64,000 bases of DNA from an uncultured Actinomycetota bacterium. GTDB lineage: Bacteria > Actinomycetota > Actinomycetes > Propionibacteriales > Nocardioidaceae. Made by a program: the position numbers and the translations under genes. How positions within the stretch are numbered: position 1 is the stretch's first letter; every line of letters starts with the position of its first letter. Shown piece by piece: positions 1 to 8,639 of this stretch. Location: the NCBI GenBank assembly GCA_963718725.1, contig OY970374.1:2259215-2323214 (forward strand), in the 5' to 3' direction. The notes under the pieces are model-generated. The model did no database searches. It saw only the letters and a list, made by a program, of their open reading frames with translations, and was not told where the DNA came from.

Positions 1-577
1 ACTCGCGGCCCAGCAGGTCGACCGCTCCCGCGATGGTCTCGGCGCCGATCGGCGCGGCCGCTCCCCCGGTGGTGCCCGTCAACGAGACGAGGTGTTCACG
101 CAGCCTCGTCGCCACCCGGCGGACCTCGTCGGGCTGGCCGCTCCACGCATCGGTGAGCGCGGCGAGGACCTGGCGGAAGCTCGGCTGCCCGTGCCGCGGC
201 TGGTCGGGGAAGTACGTGCCCGCGAAGAACGGGTTGCCGTCGTGGTCGAGGACGACGGTCATCGGCCAGCCGCCATGGCCGGTCATCGCCGTCGTGGCGT
301 TCATGTAGATGGCGTCGACGTCCGGCCGCTCCTCGCGGTCGACCTTGATGCTCACGAAGTGCTCGTTGAGGTAGGCCGCCGTGGTGTCGTCCTCGAAGGA
401 CTCGTGCGCCATGACGTGGCACCAGTGGCACGCGGCGTACCCGACGCTGAGCAGCACCGGCAGGTTCCGGCGGCGGGCCTCGGCGAACGCGTCGTCGCCC
501 CACTCCCACCAGTCGACCGGGTTGTCGGCGTGCTGGAGCAGGTACGGCGACGTGGCGTCGGCCAAGCGGTTCGGCAT
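1..577 (-). CDS. Thioredoxin-domain protein (DUF255/YyaL-like), N-terminal part; the 3' end lies outside the window
   Basis: My own minus-strand translation from the ATG at 575-577 (GGGAGGA RBS upstream) gives [64 protein letters not shown]... GC3 is high. It is not in the ORF track because it is open at the window edge. Confidence 0.8.
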   Translation of the reverse strand, partial: MPNRLADATSPYLLQHADNPVDWWEWGDDAFAEARRRNLPVLLSVGYAACHWCHVMAHESFEDDTTAAYLNEHFVSIKVDREERPDVDAIYMNATTAMTGHGGWPMTVVLDHDGNPFFAGTYFPDQPRHGQPSFRQVLAALTDAWSGQPDEVRRVATRLREHLVSLTGTTGGAAAPIGAETIAGAVDLLGRE

Positions 578-593
578 GCGGTCCTCCCAGCTC

Positions 594-1853
594 TCACCGT
601 AGCGATCGTTCCTCCGTGAGGAGCGGCCGCGACGGAGCCCCGGCCGCCAGCAGCACGGCACCAAGTCCGGCCAGGACGGCGAGGACGAGGAACGCGCGCG
701 CGTAGGACCCGGTCGTCGTGGCCAGCAGGGCGCCGGCGAACGGTGCGAGGGCCGAGGCGGCGAGCGCGGGAGCGGTCAGCACGCCGTTGAGCCGGCCGTA
801 GGACGCGGGTCCCCACCGGTCCGTGACCGCGGTCGCCTGCACCAGCGTGTAGAGGCCGCGTGCGAGGCCCAGCAGCATCCCCAGCCCGATCACCACGCCC
901 GTGACCGGCGGCGCGAGGGCGAAGCCCGCCGTGAACGCCGCGACCGCGCCCACGACGAGCACCCCGCGCAGCGTGACTCCTGTCGCCGCGGCGAACCGCG
1001 CGTAGCCGACCCGGCCGAGCACCTGCCCGACGCCGCCGAGACCGAGCACGACGGCCGCGGTACGCGTGTCCATGCCCTGCTCACGGAGCATCGGAACGAG
1101 GTTCACCACGACGGCGAACACGGACAGCGCGACGAGGGTGTTGGCCGCGGCGAGCATCACGAAGGGCCGCGAGGCCGTCACCCGCCCCCGCGGCACCCCC
1201 GGCCCGACGCCGTCGCTGCCGGCTCCCTCGAGCCGTGACCACGGCCGGCGGAGACCACGCCAGTGCAGCGGCACGGTCACGACGGCGGCCACGACCAGCA
1301 GCACGACGTACGCCGTGCGCCAGCCCCAGGCGGCGTCGACGGTCGCGGCGAGCGGGGCGAACACCGTGCTGGCGAGCCCGCCGGCGAGCGTGACCGTCGT
1401 CAGCGCCCGCACCCGGCGCTCACCTCCCCAGCGGGTCAGCGCCGCGAACGCGGGCGGGTACAGCGTCCCGGCCATCGCGGCACCGACCAGCACCCAGCCG
1501 ACGTAGAAGACGAGGAGGGACGGCGCCGCGGCAACCGTCAGCATCCCCGGCACCGCGATCAGCGACCCAGCCGTCATCACCGCCCGCGGGCCGTAGGCGT
1601 CCAGGTGCCGACCGACCCAGAGCCCCACCAGGGCGCTGACGAGCTGGGCGACCGAGAAGGCGCCGGTGACGGCCGTCGCGGACCACCCCGTGTCGGCGGT
1701 GATGGACGACTGGAGCGCGGCGAAGCCGTAGTAGAGGCAGCCCCACGACACGATCTGGCTGATGCCGAGGACGGTGACGACCTGCCGCAGGGCCGGGGCG
1801 TCGAGCGCCGCGGGTACGTCGACCGCACCCGTGGGGCCGCCGGCGCGCGTCAC
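594..1853 (-). CDS. MFS transporter
   Basis: ORF track, 419 aa. The protein is multi-TM and hydrophobic throughout ([33 protein letters not shown] loop motif). The GTG start overlaps the upstream stop (GTGA at 1850-1853). Confidence 0.8.
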   Translation of the reverse strand: MTRAGGPTGAVDVPAALDAPALRQVVTVLGISQIVSWGCLYYGFAALQSSITADTGWSATAVTGAFSVAQLVSALVGLWVGRHLDAYGPRAVMTAGSLIAVPGMLTVAAAPSLLVFYVGWVLVGAAMAGTLYPPAFAALTRWGGERRVRALTTVTLAGGLASTVFAPLAATVDAAWGWRTAYVVLLVVAAVVTVPLHWRGLRRPWSRLEGAGSDGVGPGVPRGRVTASRPFVMLAAANTLVALSVFAVVVNLVPMLREQGMDTRTAAVVLGLGGVGQVLGRVGYARFAAATGVTLRGVLVVGAVAAFTAGFALAPPVTGVVIGLGMLLGLARGLYTLVQATAVTDRWGPASYGRLNGVLTAPALAASALAPFAGALLATTTGSYARAFLVLAVLAGLGAVLLAAGAPSRPLLTEERSLR

Positions 1854-3205
1854 TCCGGCGCGCGACCCACGGTGAGGAGCTCGGGCTCCCGCGCCGACGA
1901 CCCGCAGCAGCCGCCGGACGTGTCACCCGCGACGGCGGCGGGTGCGTCGAACGCGCCGGCTCCGTTGCACACCCCGGACTCGGGCAGTACGAGGTCGACC
2001 CGGTCGGCGGCCTCCAGGTCACCGTCGAGCGCGGCCACGACGGAGCGGACCTGCTCGAAGCCGGTCATGGCGAGGAAGGACGGTGCCCGGCCGTAGGACT
2101 TCATCCCGGCGAGGTACAAGCCGGGCTCGGGCTGCACCAGCTCGCGGTGCCCGTGGGGGGCCACGTCGCCGCAGCTGTGGTGGTCCGGGTGGATCTGGTC
2201 GGCGAGCACCCGTGGCGACCCGAGGGCCGGGTCGAGGTCCAGCCGGACCTCCGACAGGAACCGGAGGTCGGGCCGGAACCCGGTCACGACCACGACCTCG
2301 TCGACGTCGCGGACCTCCTGACCGGCCATCGACACGACCGTCACGCGCCCGTCGGGCTGCGGCCGGACCTGGCCCGAGCGGAAGCCCGTCACCGTGGTGA
2401 CCACGCCACCCTCGGCTGCGTCGCGCGCGGCCTGCCCGAGCCGCCCACGCTCGACGAGCTGGTCGTTGTCGCCGCCACCGAACGCGTCACCCACGGCCGG
2501 GCGCCGCAGCACCCACGTGACCCGGGTCCCCGGTCGCTCGGCCGCGAGCTCGGTCAGACCGACCAGCACCCCCTGCGCCGAGGCACCCTTGCCGGCGAGG
2601 AGGACGTGCTTCCCGGCGTACCGCGCCGCGACGTCGGGGTCGGCGAGGTCCGGGATGCCGTAGGCGATCCGGTCGGCGTGCTCCCGCTCGCCGAGGGCGG
2701 GGTAGCCGTCGGCGCCGAGCGGGTTCGGCTGCCGCCACGTGCCCGAGGCGTCGATGACGGCGCGCGCCACCAGCCGCTCCGCGCCCTTCTCCGTGACGAC
2801 GTGGATGGCGAACGGGTCGTCCTCGCGGCCGAGGTCGACCAGCAGGTCGCGGCTGGCGCGCCCCACACCCACGACCTCGGCGCCGTACCGGAGGCTCCCG
2901 TGGGGGTGGGCGGCGAGCAGGTCGGCGAGCGGCTGGAGGTACTGCTCACGCCACTCGCCGCCGGTCGGGTACGCGTCCTCGTCGGGCGCGCGCCAGGTCC
3001 CCGCCGCGTCGAGCAGCCGCCGGGCCGCCGGGTCGACCAGCTCGCGCCACGCGGAGAACAGCCGGACATGGGCCCACTCGCCGACGGCGGCGCCGGCCAC
3101 CGGGCCGGACTCGAGGACCACGAAGTCCAGCCGGCGCTCGGCGGCGTGAGCTGCGGCGGCGAGTCCGATGGGACCGGCGCCGATGATGGCCACGGGATGG
3201 TTCAC
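1850..3205 (-). CDS. FAD/NAD(P)-binding flavoprotein (CzcO/ArsO-like class, from recollection) with a Cys-rich C-terminal tail
   Basis: ORF 1850..3334 is trimmed to the GTG at 3203-3205 (GGAG RBS just upstream), so the protein starts VNHPVAIIGAGPIGLAAA (GxGxxG). A second dinucleotide site is LLAGKGASAQG. The tail reads GVCNG...GGCCGSS. Confidence 0.75.
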   Translation of the reverse strand: MNHPVAIIGAGPIGLAAAAHAAERRLDFVVLESGPVAGAAVGEWAHVRLFSAWRELVDPAARRLLDAAGTWRAPDEDAYPTGGEWREQYLQPLADLLAAHPHGSLRYGAEVVGVGRASRDLLVDLGREDDPFAIHVVTEKGAERLVARAVIDASGTWRQPNPLGADGYPALGEREHADRIAYGIPDLADPDVAARYAGKHVLLAGKGASAQGVLVGLTELAAERPGTRVTWVLRRPAVGDAFGGGDNDQLVERGRLGQAARDAAEGGVVTTVTGFRSGQVRPQPDGRVTVVSMAGQEVRDVDEVVVVTGFRPDLRFLSEVRLDLDPALGSPRVLADQIHPDHHSCGDVAPHGHRELVQPEPGLYLAGMKSYGRAPSFLAMTGFEQVRSVVAALDGDLEAADRVDLVLPESGVCNGAGAFDAPAAVAGDTSGGCCGSSAREPELLTVGRAPE

Positions 3206-3225
3206 GAGGATCTCCGTCCACTTTG

Positions 3226-3273
3226 ATCGACGTCGGTCGATGTAGATAGGGAACTGTATCGAGGAAGATCGAT
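3226..3273. promoter_or_regulatory. Two inverted repeats in an AT-rich divergent promoter region (candidate ArsR-type operators)
   Basis: ATCGAC-gtcg-GTCGAT lies at 3226-3241 and ATCGA-ggaaga-TCGAT at 3258-3273. Both sit in the 91-bp spacer between the flavoprotein GTG (3205) and the ArsR-GNAT ATG (3297). This is the most AT-rich stretch nearby. Confidence 0.4.
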
Positions 3274-3296
3274 GAAGACAAGGTAGACTTCGGGAC

Positions 3297-4193
3297 ATGC
3301 CCGCCACCCAGACCGCCCCGGTCCCCGCCGCCACCCGGTCGACGCTGCCGCTGATCCAGCCCGACCCCGGATCGAGCGCACTGTCGAAGGAGCAGGCCGA
3401 GGACTACGCCGAGTGGTTCGCGGTGCTGTCCGACCCGACCCGGGTGCGGCTGCTGCACGTGCTGTCGACGTCGACGTCGGGGGCCCTGAAGGTCGGTGCC
3501 CTCGCGCAGCGGCTCGGCATCAGCCAGTCGACCTGCTCCCACCACGTCGAGCTGCTCCGCAAGGTCGGCTTCGTCGTCGTCGACAAGATCGGCAACGCGT
3601 CGATGGTGTCGGTCAACGCGGCCTGCTGCACCGGCCTGCCGCACGCCGCCGACGTCATCATGGGCACCCTGGCGTCGCAACCGTGCTGCCCGACCGACCT
3701 GCCTACCGACGTCACGGTCCGCCCGGTCACCGACGGTGACCTCGATCAGGTGCTGGCGATCTACGCCGAGGGCATCGCCACCCGCAACGCCACGTTCGAG
3801 ACAAAGGTCCCGGGTGCGGAGCAGCTGCAGGCCCGCTGGCTGTCCGACCTCGCCTGGGTCGCTGTCCTCGACGACGAGGTGGTCGGGTGGACCGCAGTGA
3901 TGCCGACGTCCGGCCGGGATTGCTACGCCGGCGTCGGCGAGACCGCGGTCTACGTCGCCGAGTCCGCCCGGGGACGCGGGGTCGGGAAGGCGCTGCTCCA
4001 CACCCAGGTCAACGCGGCCGACGCCGCCGGGCTGTGGACCCTGCAGACCTCGATCTTCCCCGAGAACCGGGCCAGCCTGGCTCTCCACCGCTCCGCCGGC
4101 TACCGGACCCTCGCGGTCCGGAGCAGGATCGCTCAGCTCGACGGCGTCTGGCGCGACACCGTGCTCATGGAACGGCGCAGCGACCGCACCTGA
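3297..4193 (+). CDS. Fusion protein: ArsR/SmtB-family wHTH regulator + PAT/YwnH-type (ArsN1-like) GNAT N-acetyltransferase
   Basis: ORF track, 298 aa. The wHTH region reads DPTRVRLLHVL...ISQSTCSHHVELLRKVGF. There are vicinal Cys pairs at C110-C111 and C130-C131. A complete GNAT follows (VRPVTDGDLDQVLAIYAEGIATRNATFE..., ESARGRGVGKALL, FPENRASLALHRSAGY). Confidence 0.8.
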   Translation: MPATQTAPVPAATRSTLPLIQPDPGSSALSKEQAEDYAEWFAVLSDPTRVRLLHVLSTSTSGALKVGALAQRLGISQSTCSHHVELLRKVGFVVVDKIGNASMVSVNAACCTGLPHAADVIMGTLASQPCCPTDLPTDVTVRPVTDGDLDQVLAIYAEGIATRNATFETKVPGAEQLQARWLSDLAWVAVLDDEVVGWTAVMPTSGRDCYAGVGETAVYVAESARGRGVGKALLHTQVNAADAAGLWTLQTSIFPENRASLALHRSAGYRTLAVRSRIAQLDGVWRDTVLMERRSDRT

Positions 4194-4451
4194 TCATCGG
4201 GCGAGCGCGACCGCGACCAGCACGAACGCGGCCACGGACGTCACGGTGCGCGCACGTTCCAGCGGACCCACCGCTCCTCGAACCGCGCCCGGGTCGCGCT
4301 CGGGTTGGTCGATCCCCTGGAACGCGCCCACCTACGACGCGTCGTCGCGGCGCGCCAGCCCCGGCATGGCGGTGTGGGCGAACGCGTAGAAGAACCCCGC
4401 GAGGAGTCCGGTCATGACCGTGGCAGCCGCCAGCACGACGGTGTCGGTCAC
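4194..4451 (-). pseudogene. Degraded DUF1772 (anthrone-oxygenase-like membrane protein) relic
   Basis: My own translation gives VTDTVVLAAATVMTGLLAGFFYAFAHTAMPGLARRDDAS*VGAFQGID... There is an in-frame TAG at 4332-4334 where the family has Tyr/Phe. The family C-terminal motif RFEERWVRWNV appears only in the +1 frame, followed in frame 0 by RTVTSVAAFVLVAVALAR. The relic is about 86 codons, against about 150 for intact members. Confidence 0.45.
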
Positions 4452-4846
4452 GGCCTCGGCCAGGTCGTCGCGTGACGCTCGAAGTGCTCGCCGGTCTGCA
4501 CGGGGACGACGCAGAACACCATCCCGCCCGGGTCGGTCAGGATCGTGTAGCCCTCCCGCTCCTCGAGCACGGTCGCGCCGAGGTCGGCCACGCGGGCCAC
4601 CTCCGCCGCGACGTCGTCGGTCTCGAGGTCGAGGTGGACCCGGGCCGGTGTCCCGGCCCCGGTGCGCTGGAGCTCGAGCAGCTCACCACCACCGAGCGGG
4701 GCGAGCGACTCGTAGGGGTCCTCCCCCGGCGGCCCTTCGGCGCTGTCCCGCTCGGAGCCGGTGACCCCGGCCCAGAAGGCTGCGGCGGCGTCGTAGGACT
4801 CCGCGGGGTGATCGATGAGGAACACGCCGATCCGGCTGCGGTGCAT
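4448..4846 (-). CDS. VOC (glyoxalase/bleomycin-resistance/dioxygenase) family protein
   Basis: This is the C-terminal 132 aa of ORF 4448..5629, starting at the ATG at 4844-4846: MHRSRIGVFLIDHPAESYDAAAAFWAGVTG...HLDLETDDVAAEVARVADLGATVLEE...DPGGMVFCVV. The upstream part of the ORF is low-complexity shadow frame. Confidence 0.75.
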   Translation of the reverse strand: MHRSRIGVFLIDHPAESYDAAAAFWAGVTGSERDSAEGPPGEDPYESLAPLGGGELLELQRTGAGTPARVHLDLETDDVAAEVARVADLGATVLEEREGYTILTDPGGMVFCVVPVQTGEHFERHATTWPRP

Positions 4847-4909
4847 GCCGGGAGCGTACGACGAGCCGGGGACGTGGAGCAGCCGGTCGAGCGGTGCTTG
4901 AATCGGGTC

Positions 4910-5527
4910 ATGGACTCCGAGGCCTGGGACGAGCGGTACGCCGCGACCGAGCTGGTGTGGTCGGCGGAGCCGAACCAGTTCGTGGCGGCCGAGTGCGCCG
5001 ATCTCACGCCCGGACGCGCGGTCGACCTCGCCGCGGGTGAGGGCCGCAACGCGATCTGGTTGGCAGGGCGGGGCTGGGAGGTGACCGCGGTCGACTTCTC
5101 GCAGGTCGCGCTCGACAAGGGCCGACGGCTCGCCGCTGCGACCGCGCCCACCGGGTCGCTCGAGTGGGTGTGCGCGGACGCGACGACGTGGACCGGATCG
5201 GGCCACGACCTGGCCGTCGTCGCCTACCTGCAGCTGCCGGCGGAGGAACGGCGGGCGGCCGCCCGTCGCGCGGTCGAGGCGCTCGCGCTCGGCGGGACCC
5301 TCCTGTGGGTGGCGCACGACTCGAGCAACCTCACGGAGGGCACCGGTGGCCCGCAGGACCCGGGCGTGCTGATGACGGCGGTCGACGTGGTCGCCGACGT
5401 CGAGGACCTCGGGGTCGAGGTGCAGCGTGCGGAGCGCGTGGCACGCGTCGTACCACCGTCCGGCGAGCACCGCGGCGAGCCCGACCGCACCGCGTGGGAC
5501 TGCCTCGTCCGGCTGGTCCGCACCTGA
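4910..5527 (+). CDS. Class I SAM-dependent methyltransferase (TehB-like)
   Basis: ORF 4472..5527 is trimmed to the ATG at 4910: MDSEAWDERYAATELVWSAEPNQFV...AVDLAAGEGRNAIWLAGRGWEVTAVDFS (SAM motif I). Confidence 0.8.
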   Translation: MDSEAWDERYAATELVWSAEPNQFVAAECADLTPGRAVDLAAGEGRNAIWLAGRGWEVTAVDFSQVALDKGRRLAAATAPTGSLEWVCADATTWTGSGHDLAVVAYLQLPAEERRAAARRAVEALALGGTLLWVAHDSSNLTEGTGGPQDPGVLMTAVDVVADVEDLGVEVQRAERVARVVPPSGEHRGEPDRTAWDCLVRLVRT

Positions 5528-5531
5528 CCGC

Positions 5532-6371
5532 TCAGAGCCTGCGCCACCGGAACGTGGCGCTGTGGAGCCGGTGGTCGCTGATCTTGACGTCCTGGGCCCG
5601 GTAGTCGCGCCAGCCGAACTGGCCGTCACCCATCAGCCAGTCGACGTACGACGGGTCGGGCGGCGAGCACCCGTCGCCGGTCACCCCACCGCCGTTCGCG
5701 GCCCGCGCGCCCGTCCGGCGGACGACCCTGCAGAACCACTCGCGTCGCTCGTTGGCGTCGCCGAGGACCAGCACGGGTCCGCCGCGCTCGCGGAGCCGCC
5801 GGAAGAGCCTGACCTCCTCGCGGGTGGCCGAGTCGCGGTCGGACTCCTGCTTCAACGGCGAGTTGTGGACGTCGATCACGAAGATCCGCCGGCCGGTCGC
5901 CTCCTCGCGCAGCCGCACCCACGGCACGGGCCGCTCCTGGTTGCTGAACGTCGTGGTGATGCTGCCGGCGTCGATCAGGTCGAAGCGTTCGCGCACCCAC
6001 GCGATCTGCAGGCGCAGGCCCCCGGGGCCGAGGTTCTCGTTGGGCCAGAAGCGGTAGCGGGGCAGGTGCACCTTCAACCAGCGGAGCTGGTCGTCCTGCA
6101 CCTCCTGCATCGCGATCAGCTTGAGCTCCTGGCGGCGGACCAACCGGGCGGTCCGGACGGTCCGCCGCTTGTCGCGGCGCTTTGTGTGCTGGCTGCCGAG
6201 GATGTTGAGCGTCGCGACCGAGAACGTGCGGTCGACGCGTGGCCGGTCGCCCTGCTGCACCCCGTTCACCGGGTCGGCGGGGGCCGCGGGCGCGACGGCG
6301 AGGGTCGCGGCCAGCAGCAGTCCGGTCAGGGAGGCGGACGCCGACGTGGGGGTCACTCGTCGTCGTGGCAT
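5532..6371 (-). CDS. Secreted endonuclease/exonuclease/phosphatase (EEP) family protein
   Basis: ORF 5532..6479 is trimmed to the ATG at 6371. The signal peptide is MPRRRVTPTSASASLTGLLLAATLAVAPAAPA. EEP motifs are FSVATLNILG, LIAMQEV, VLGDAN and ISDHRL. Confidence 0.75.
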   Translation of the reverse strand: MPRRRVTPTSASASLTGLLLAATLAVAPAAPADPVNGVQQGDRPRVDRTFSVATLNILGSQHTKRRDKRRTVRTARLVRRQELKLIAMQEVQDDQLRWLKVHLPRYRFWPNENLGPGGLRLQIAWVRERFDLIDAGSITTTFSNQERPVPWVRLREEATGRRIFVIDVHNSPLKQESDRDSATREEVRLFRRLRERGGPVLVLGDANERREWFCRVVRRTGARAANGGGVTGDGCSPPDPSYVDWLMGDGQFGWRDYRAQDVKISDHRLHSATFRWRRL

Positions 6372-6417
6372 CGGACCACCATACGGAAGTGACGGACGGG
6401 GCGGGTGGGGCCAGACC

Positions 6418-6666
6418 TCAGTCGGTGGGGCTCCGGCGGTCGTCGGGCACGACGGGCTCGTCGCCGTAGACGCCGGCATCCTTGGCCGCCTGCGCCTTGC
6501 GCAGCTGCTTGACGAGGCTGAACGCGAGGAGGACCACGGCGGCCGCGAGGCCCAGGAAGATGAAGAGCGCGACGTAGCCCGCCTTCACGTCCTCCGGCTC
6601 GGGGCCCTCCATCAGGCCCTCCGAGAGCGGGACCAGCGCCGACGCCAGCGCGGTGGTGAGGAGCAT
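6418..6666 (-). CDS. Small membrane protein (single TM), function unknown
   Basis: ORF track, 82 aa, with very high GC3. The central TM is GYVALFIFLGLAAAVVLLAFSLV. Confidence 0.6.
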   Translation of the reverse strand: MLLTTALASALVPLSEGLMEGPEPEDVKAGYVALFIFLGLAAAVVLLAFSLVKQLRKAQAAKDAGVYGDEPVVPDDRRSPTD

Positions 6667-6692
6667 GCTCCCAGTGTCTCAGGTGGCCACGC

Positions 6693-7577
6693 TCAGGTCG
6701 GGGTCGGGATGCCCGCGAAGAGGTCGTCCTCGGGGGTGGGCGCATCGACGTGCGAGACCACGAGCTCGAAGTCCTCCGTCGGCCAGATCTTCTCCTGGAG
6801 CTCACGCGGGATCGCGAACCACGGGCCGTCGGGATCGATCTGGGTCGCGTGCGCCAGCAGCGCCTGGTCGCGCACGCCGAAGTAGTCGCCGCACGGGACC
6901 CGGGTGGTGATGCGGGCGTCCCACTCAGGCTCGGGCTTCCACTCCTCCAGGCGCTCGCCCCAGGGGGACTCGAGCCCGTGCTCCAGCATCGCGTCGTGGA
7001 GCGCCTGCATCCGCGGCCGGTTGAAGGAGTGGTGGTAGTAGAGCTTCAGCGGCTGCCACGGCTCCCCCGCGTCGGGGTAGCGCTCGGGGTCTCCCGCCGC
7101 CTCGAACGCCGCCACCGAGAGCTCGTGGCAGGCGATGTGGTCGGGGTGCGGATAGCCACCGCGCTCGTCGTACGTCGTGACGACGTGGGGCTTGAAGTCG
7201 CGGATCAGCCGCACCAGCCGCTCGGCGGCCTCCTCCACGGGCACGAGGGCGAAGCAGCCCTCGGGCAGCGGGGGCTTGGGGTCGCCCTCGGGCCAGCCGG
7301 AGTCGACGAAGCCGAGCCAGTCCTGCCGCACCCCCAGGATGTCGCGGGCTCGCTCCATCTCCTGGCGACGTACCTCGGAGATGTTCGCGAGGATGTCGGG
7401 GCGGTCCATCTTGGGGTTGAGGATCGAGCCGCGCTCGCCGCCGGTGCAGGTGGCGACGTGGACGTCGACCCCCTCCGCGACGTAGCGGGCGGTCGTGGCC
7501 GCGCCCTTGCTCGACTCGTCGTCGGGGTGGGCGTGCACGTGCATCAGCCGGAAGCCGGTCCGGGGGCGCTGCTCCAT
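6693..7577 (-). CDS. mca: Mycothiol S-conjugate amidase (LmbE/MshB-Mca family)
   Basis: ORF track, 294 aa. Motifs are [20 protein letters not shown] and HATQ. The conserved actinobacterial neighbourhood mca-DUF4307-greA is present. Confidence 0.85.
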   Translation of the reverse strand: MEQRPRTGFRLMHVHAHPDDESSKGAATTARYVAEGVDVHVATCTGGERGSILNPKMDRPDILANISEVRRQEMERARDILGVRQDWLGFVDSGWPEGDPKPPLPEGCFALVPVEEAAERLVRLIRDFKPHVVTTYDERGGYPHPDHIACHELSVAAFEAAGDPERYPDAGEPWQPLKLYYHHSFNRPRMQALHDAMLEHGLESPWGERLEEWKPEPEWDARITTRVPCGDYFGVRDQALLAHATQIDPDGPWFAIPRELQEKIWPTEDFELVVSHVDAPTPEDDLFAGIPTPT

Positions 7578-7606
7578 GGCCCGAGTTTAGGTGTGAGGAT
7601 CGGGCC

Positions 7607-7993
7607 ATGACGGACCTGGCCGACCGGTACGGCGCCCCGTCGCCGGTGCGCCGGCGGGTGGTGGTCGTCGTGGCCACGGCGGTGGCCGTGGCGTTCCTGG
7701 CGTGGCTGGCGTGGACCACGGTGTTCCACGCGAACCCGGTGGTCGAGTCGGAGCTCACGTCGTACGACGTGGTCGACGACGGGTCCGCGTCGGCGGTGGT
7801 CACCGTCTCGCTGGCCGACGGCGTGGTCGCGAGCTGTCGGATCCGGGCGTTCGCGGACGACCACACGACGGTCGGCGAGGTCGCCTTCGAGCCGGTCGAC
7901 GGACGCAACGAGGTGACCGTGCGGACCGAGCGGCGGGCGACGTCGGTGACCCTCCTGGGCTGCACGGCGCCGGACCAGCCGCGACCCCGTTGA
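7607..7993 (+). CDS. DUF4307 domain membrane protein
   Basis: ORF track, 128 aa, with an N-terminal TM (VVVVVATAVAVAFLAWLAW). It occupies the usual position between mca and greA. Confidence 0.7.
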   Translation: MTDLADRYGAPSPVRRRVVVVVATAVAVAFLAWLAWTTVFHANPVVESELTSYDVVDDGSASAVVTVSLADGVVASCRIRAFADDHTTVGEVAFEPVDGRNEVTVRTERRATSVTLLGCTAPDQPRPR

Positions 7994-8131
7994 GGGTCGG
8001 TCACGCCCCGCTCGACCTGCGTCACGCGGCACGAGTTGCTAAAGTGATCAGCGATCACCCCGCAGGGCATCCCGACGCTGAGGAAGCGCCCGGCGGGTTT
8101 TGCTTTGTTTCACGCAGGAGTTGACGCACCC

Positions 8132-8629
8132 ATGACGCAGTCCGCACAACCGACCACGGTCTGGCTCACCAAGACGACGTTCGACCGCCTCACGGCAGAG
8201 CTCGAGGACCTCCGAGGTCCCCAGCGGCAGGAGGTCATCGAGCGGATCAGTGCTGCCCGCGACGAGGGTGACCTGAAGGAGAACGGCGGCTACCACGCCG
8301 CCAAGGACGAGCAGGGCAAGATCGAGGCCCGGATCCTCCAGCTCGAGGAGATGCTGCGCACGGCCGTCACGGACGTGTCCGACGACGACGGGGTGGTCTC
8401 CCCCGGCAAGGTCGTCACCTACCGCTTCGTCGGTGACGACGAGGACGAGGTGTTCCTGCTCGGCGCCCGAGAGATCGACGACGACCACGACATCGCCGTC
8501 GTCTCGCCGCAGGCCCCGCTCGGCGCCGCGATGCTCGGCGCCGCCAAGGGCTCGACGATCGACTTCGAGGCCCCCAACGGCAAGACCCTGAAGATCGAGG
8601 TCGTCGACGCGGTCCCGTTCCAGGAGTGA
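8132..8629 (+). CDS. greA: Transcription elongation factor GreA
   Basis: ORF 8105..8629 is trimmed to the ATG at 8132 (AGGAG upstream). The sequence reads WLTKTTFDRLTAELEDLRG...ARDEGDLKENGGYHAAKDEQG. Confidence 0.9.
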   Translation: MTQSAQPTTVWLTKTTFDRLTAELEDLRGPQRQEVIERISAARDEGDLKENGGYHAAKDEQGKIEARILQLEEMLRTAVTDVSDDDGVVSPGKVVTYRFVGDDEDEVFLLGAREIDDDHDIAVVSPQAPLGAAMLGAAKGSTIDFEAPNGKTLKIEVVDAVPFQE

Positions 8630-8639
8630 CCCGGGCGGG

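Noticed and set aside
8044-8058. The palindrome GTGATC-N3-GATCAC in the relatively AT-rich region upstream of greA.
   Set aside because: I could not place it relative to a convincing -35/-10 pair and cannot name a known binding protein. It is a short palindrome with uncertain significance.
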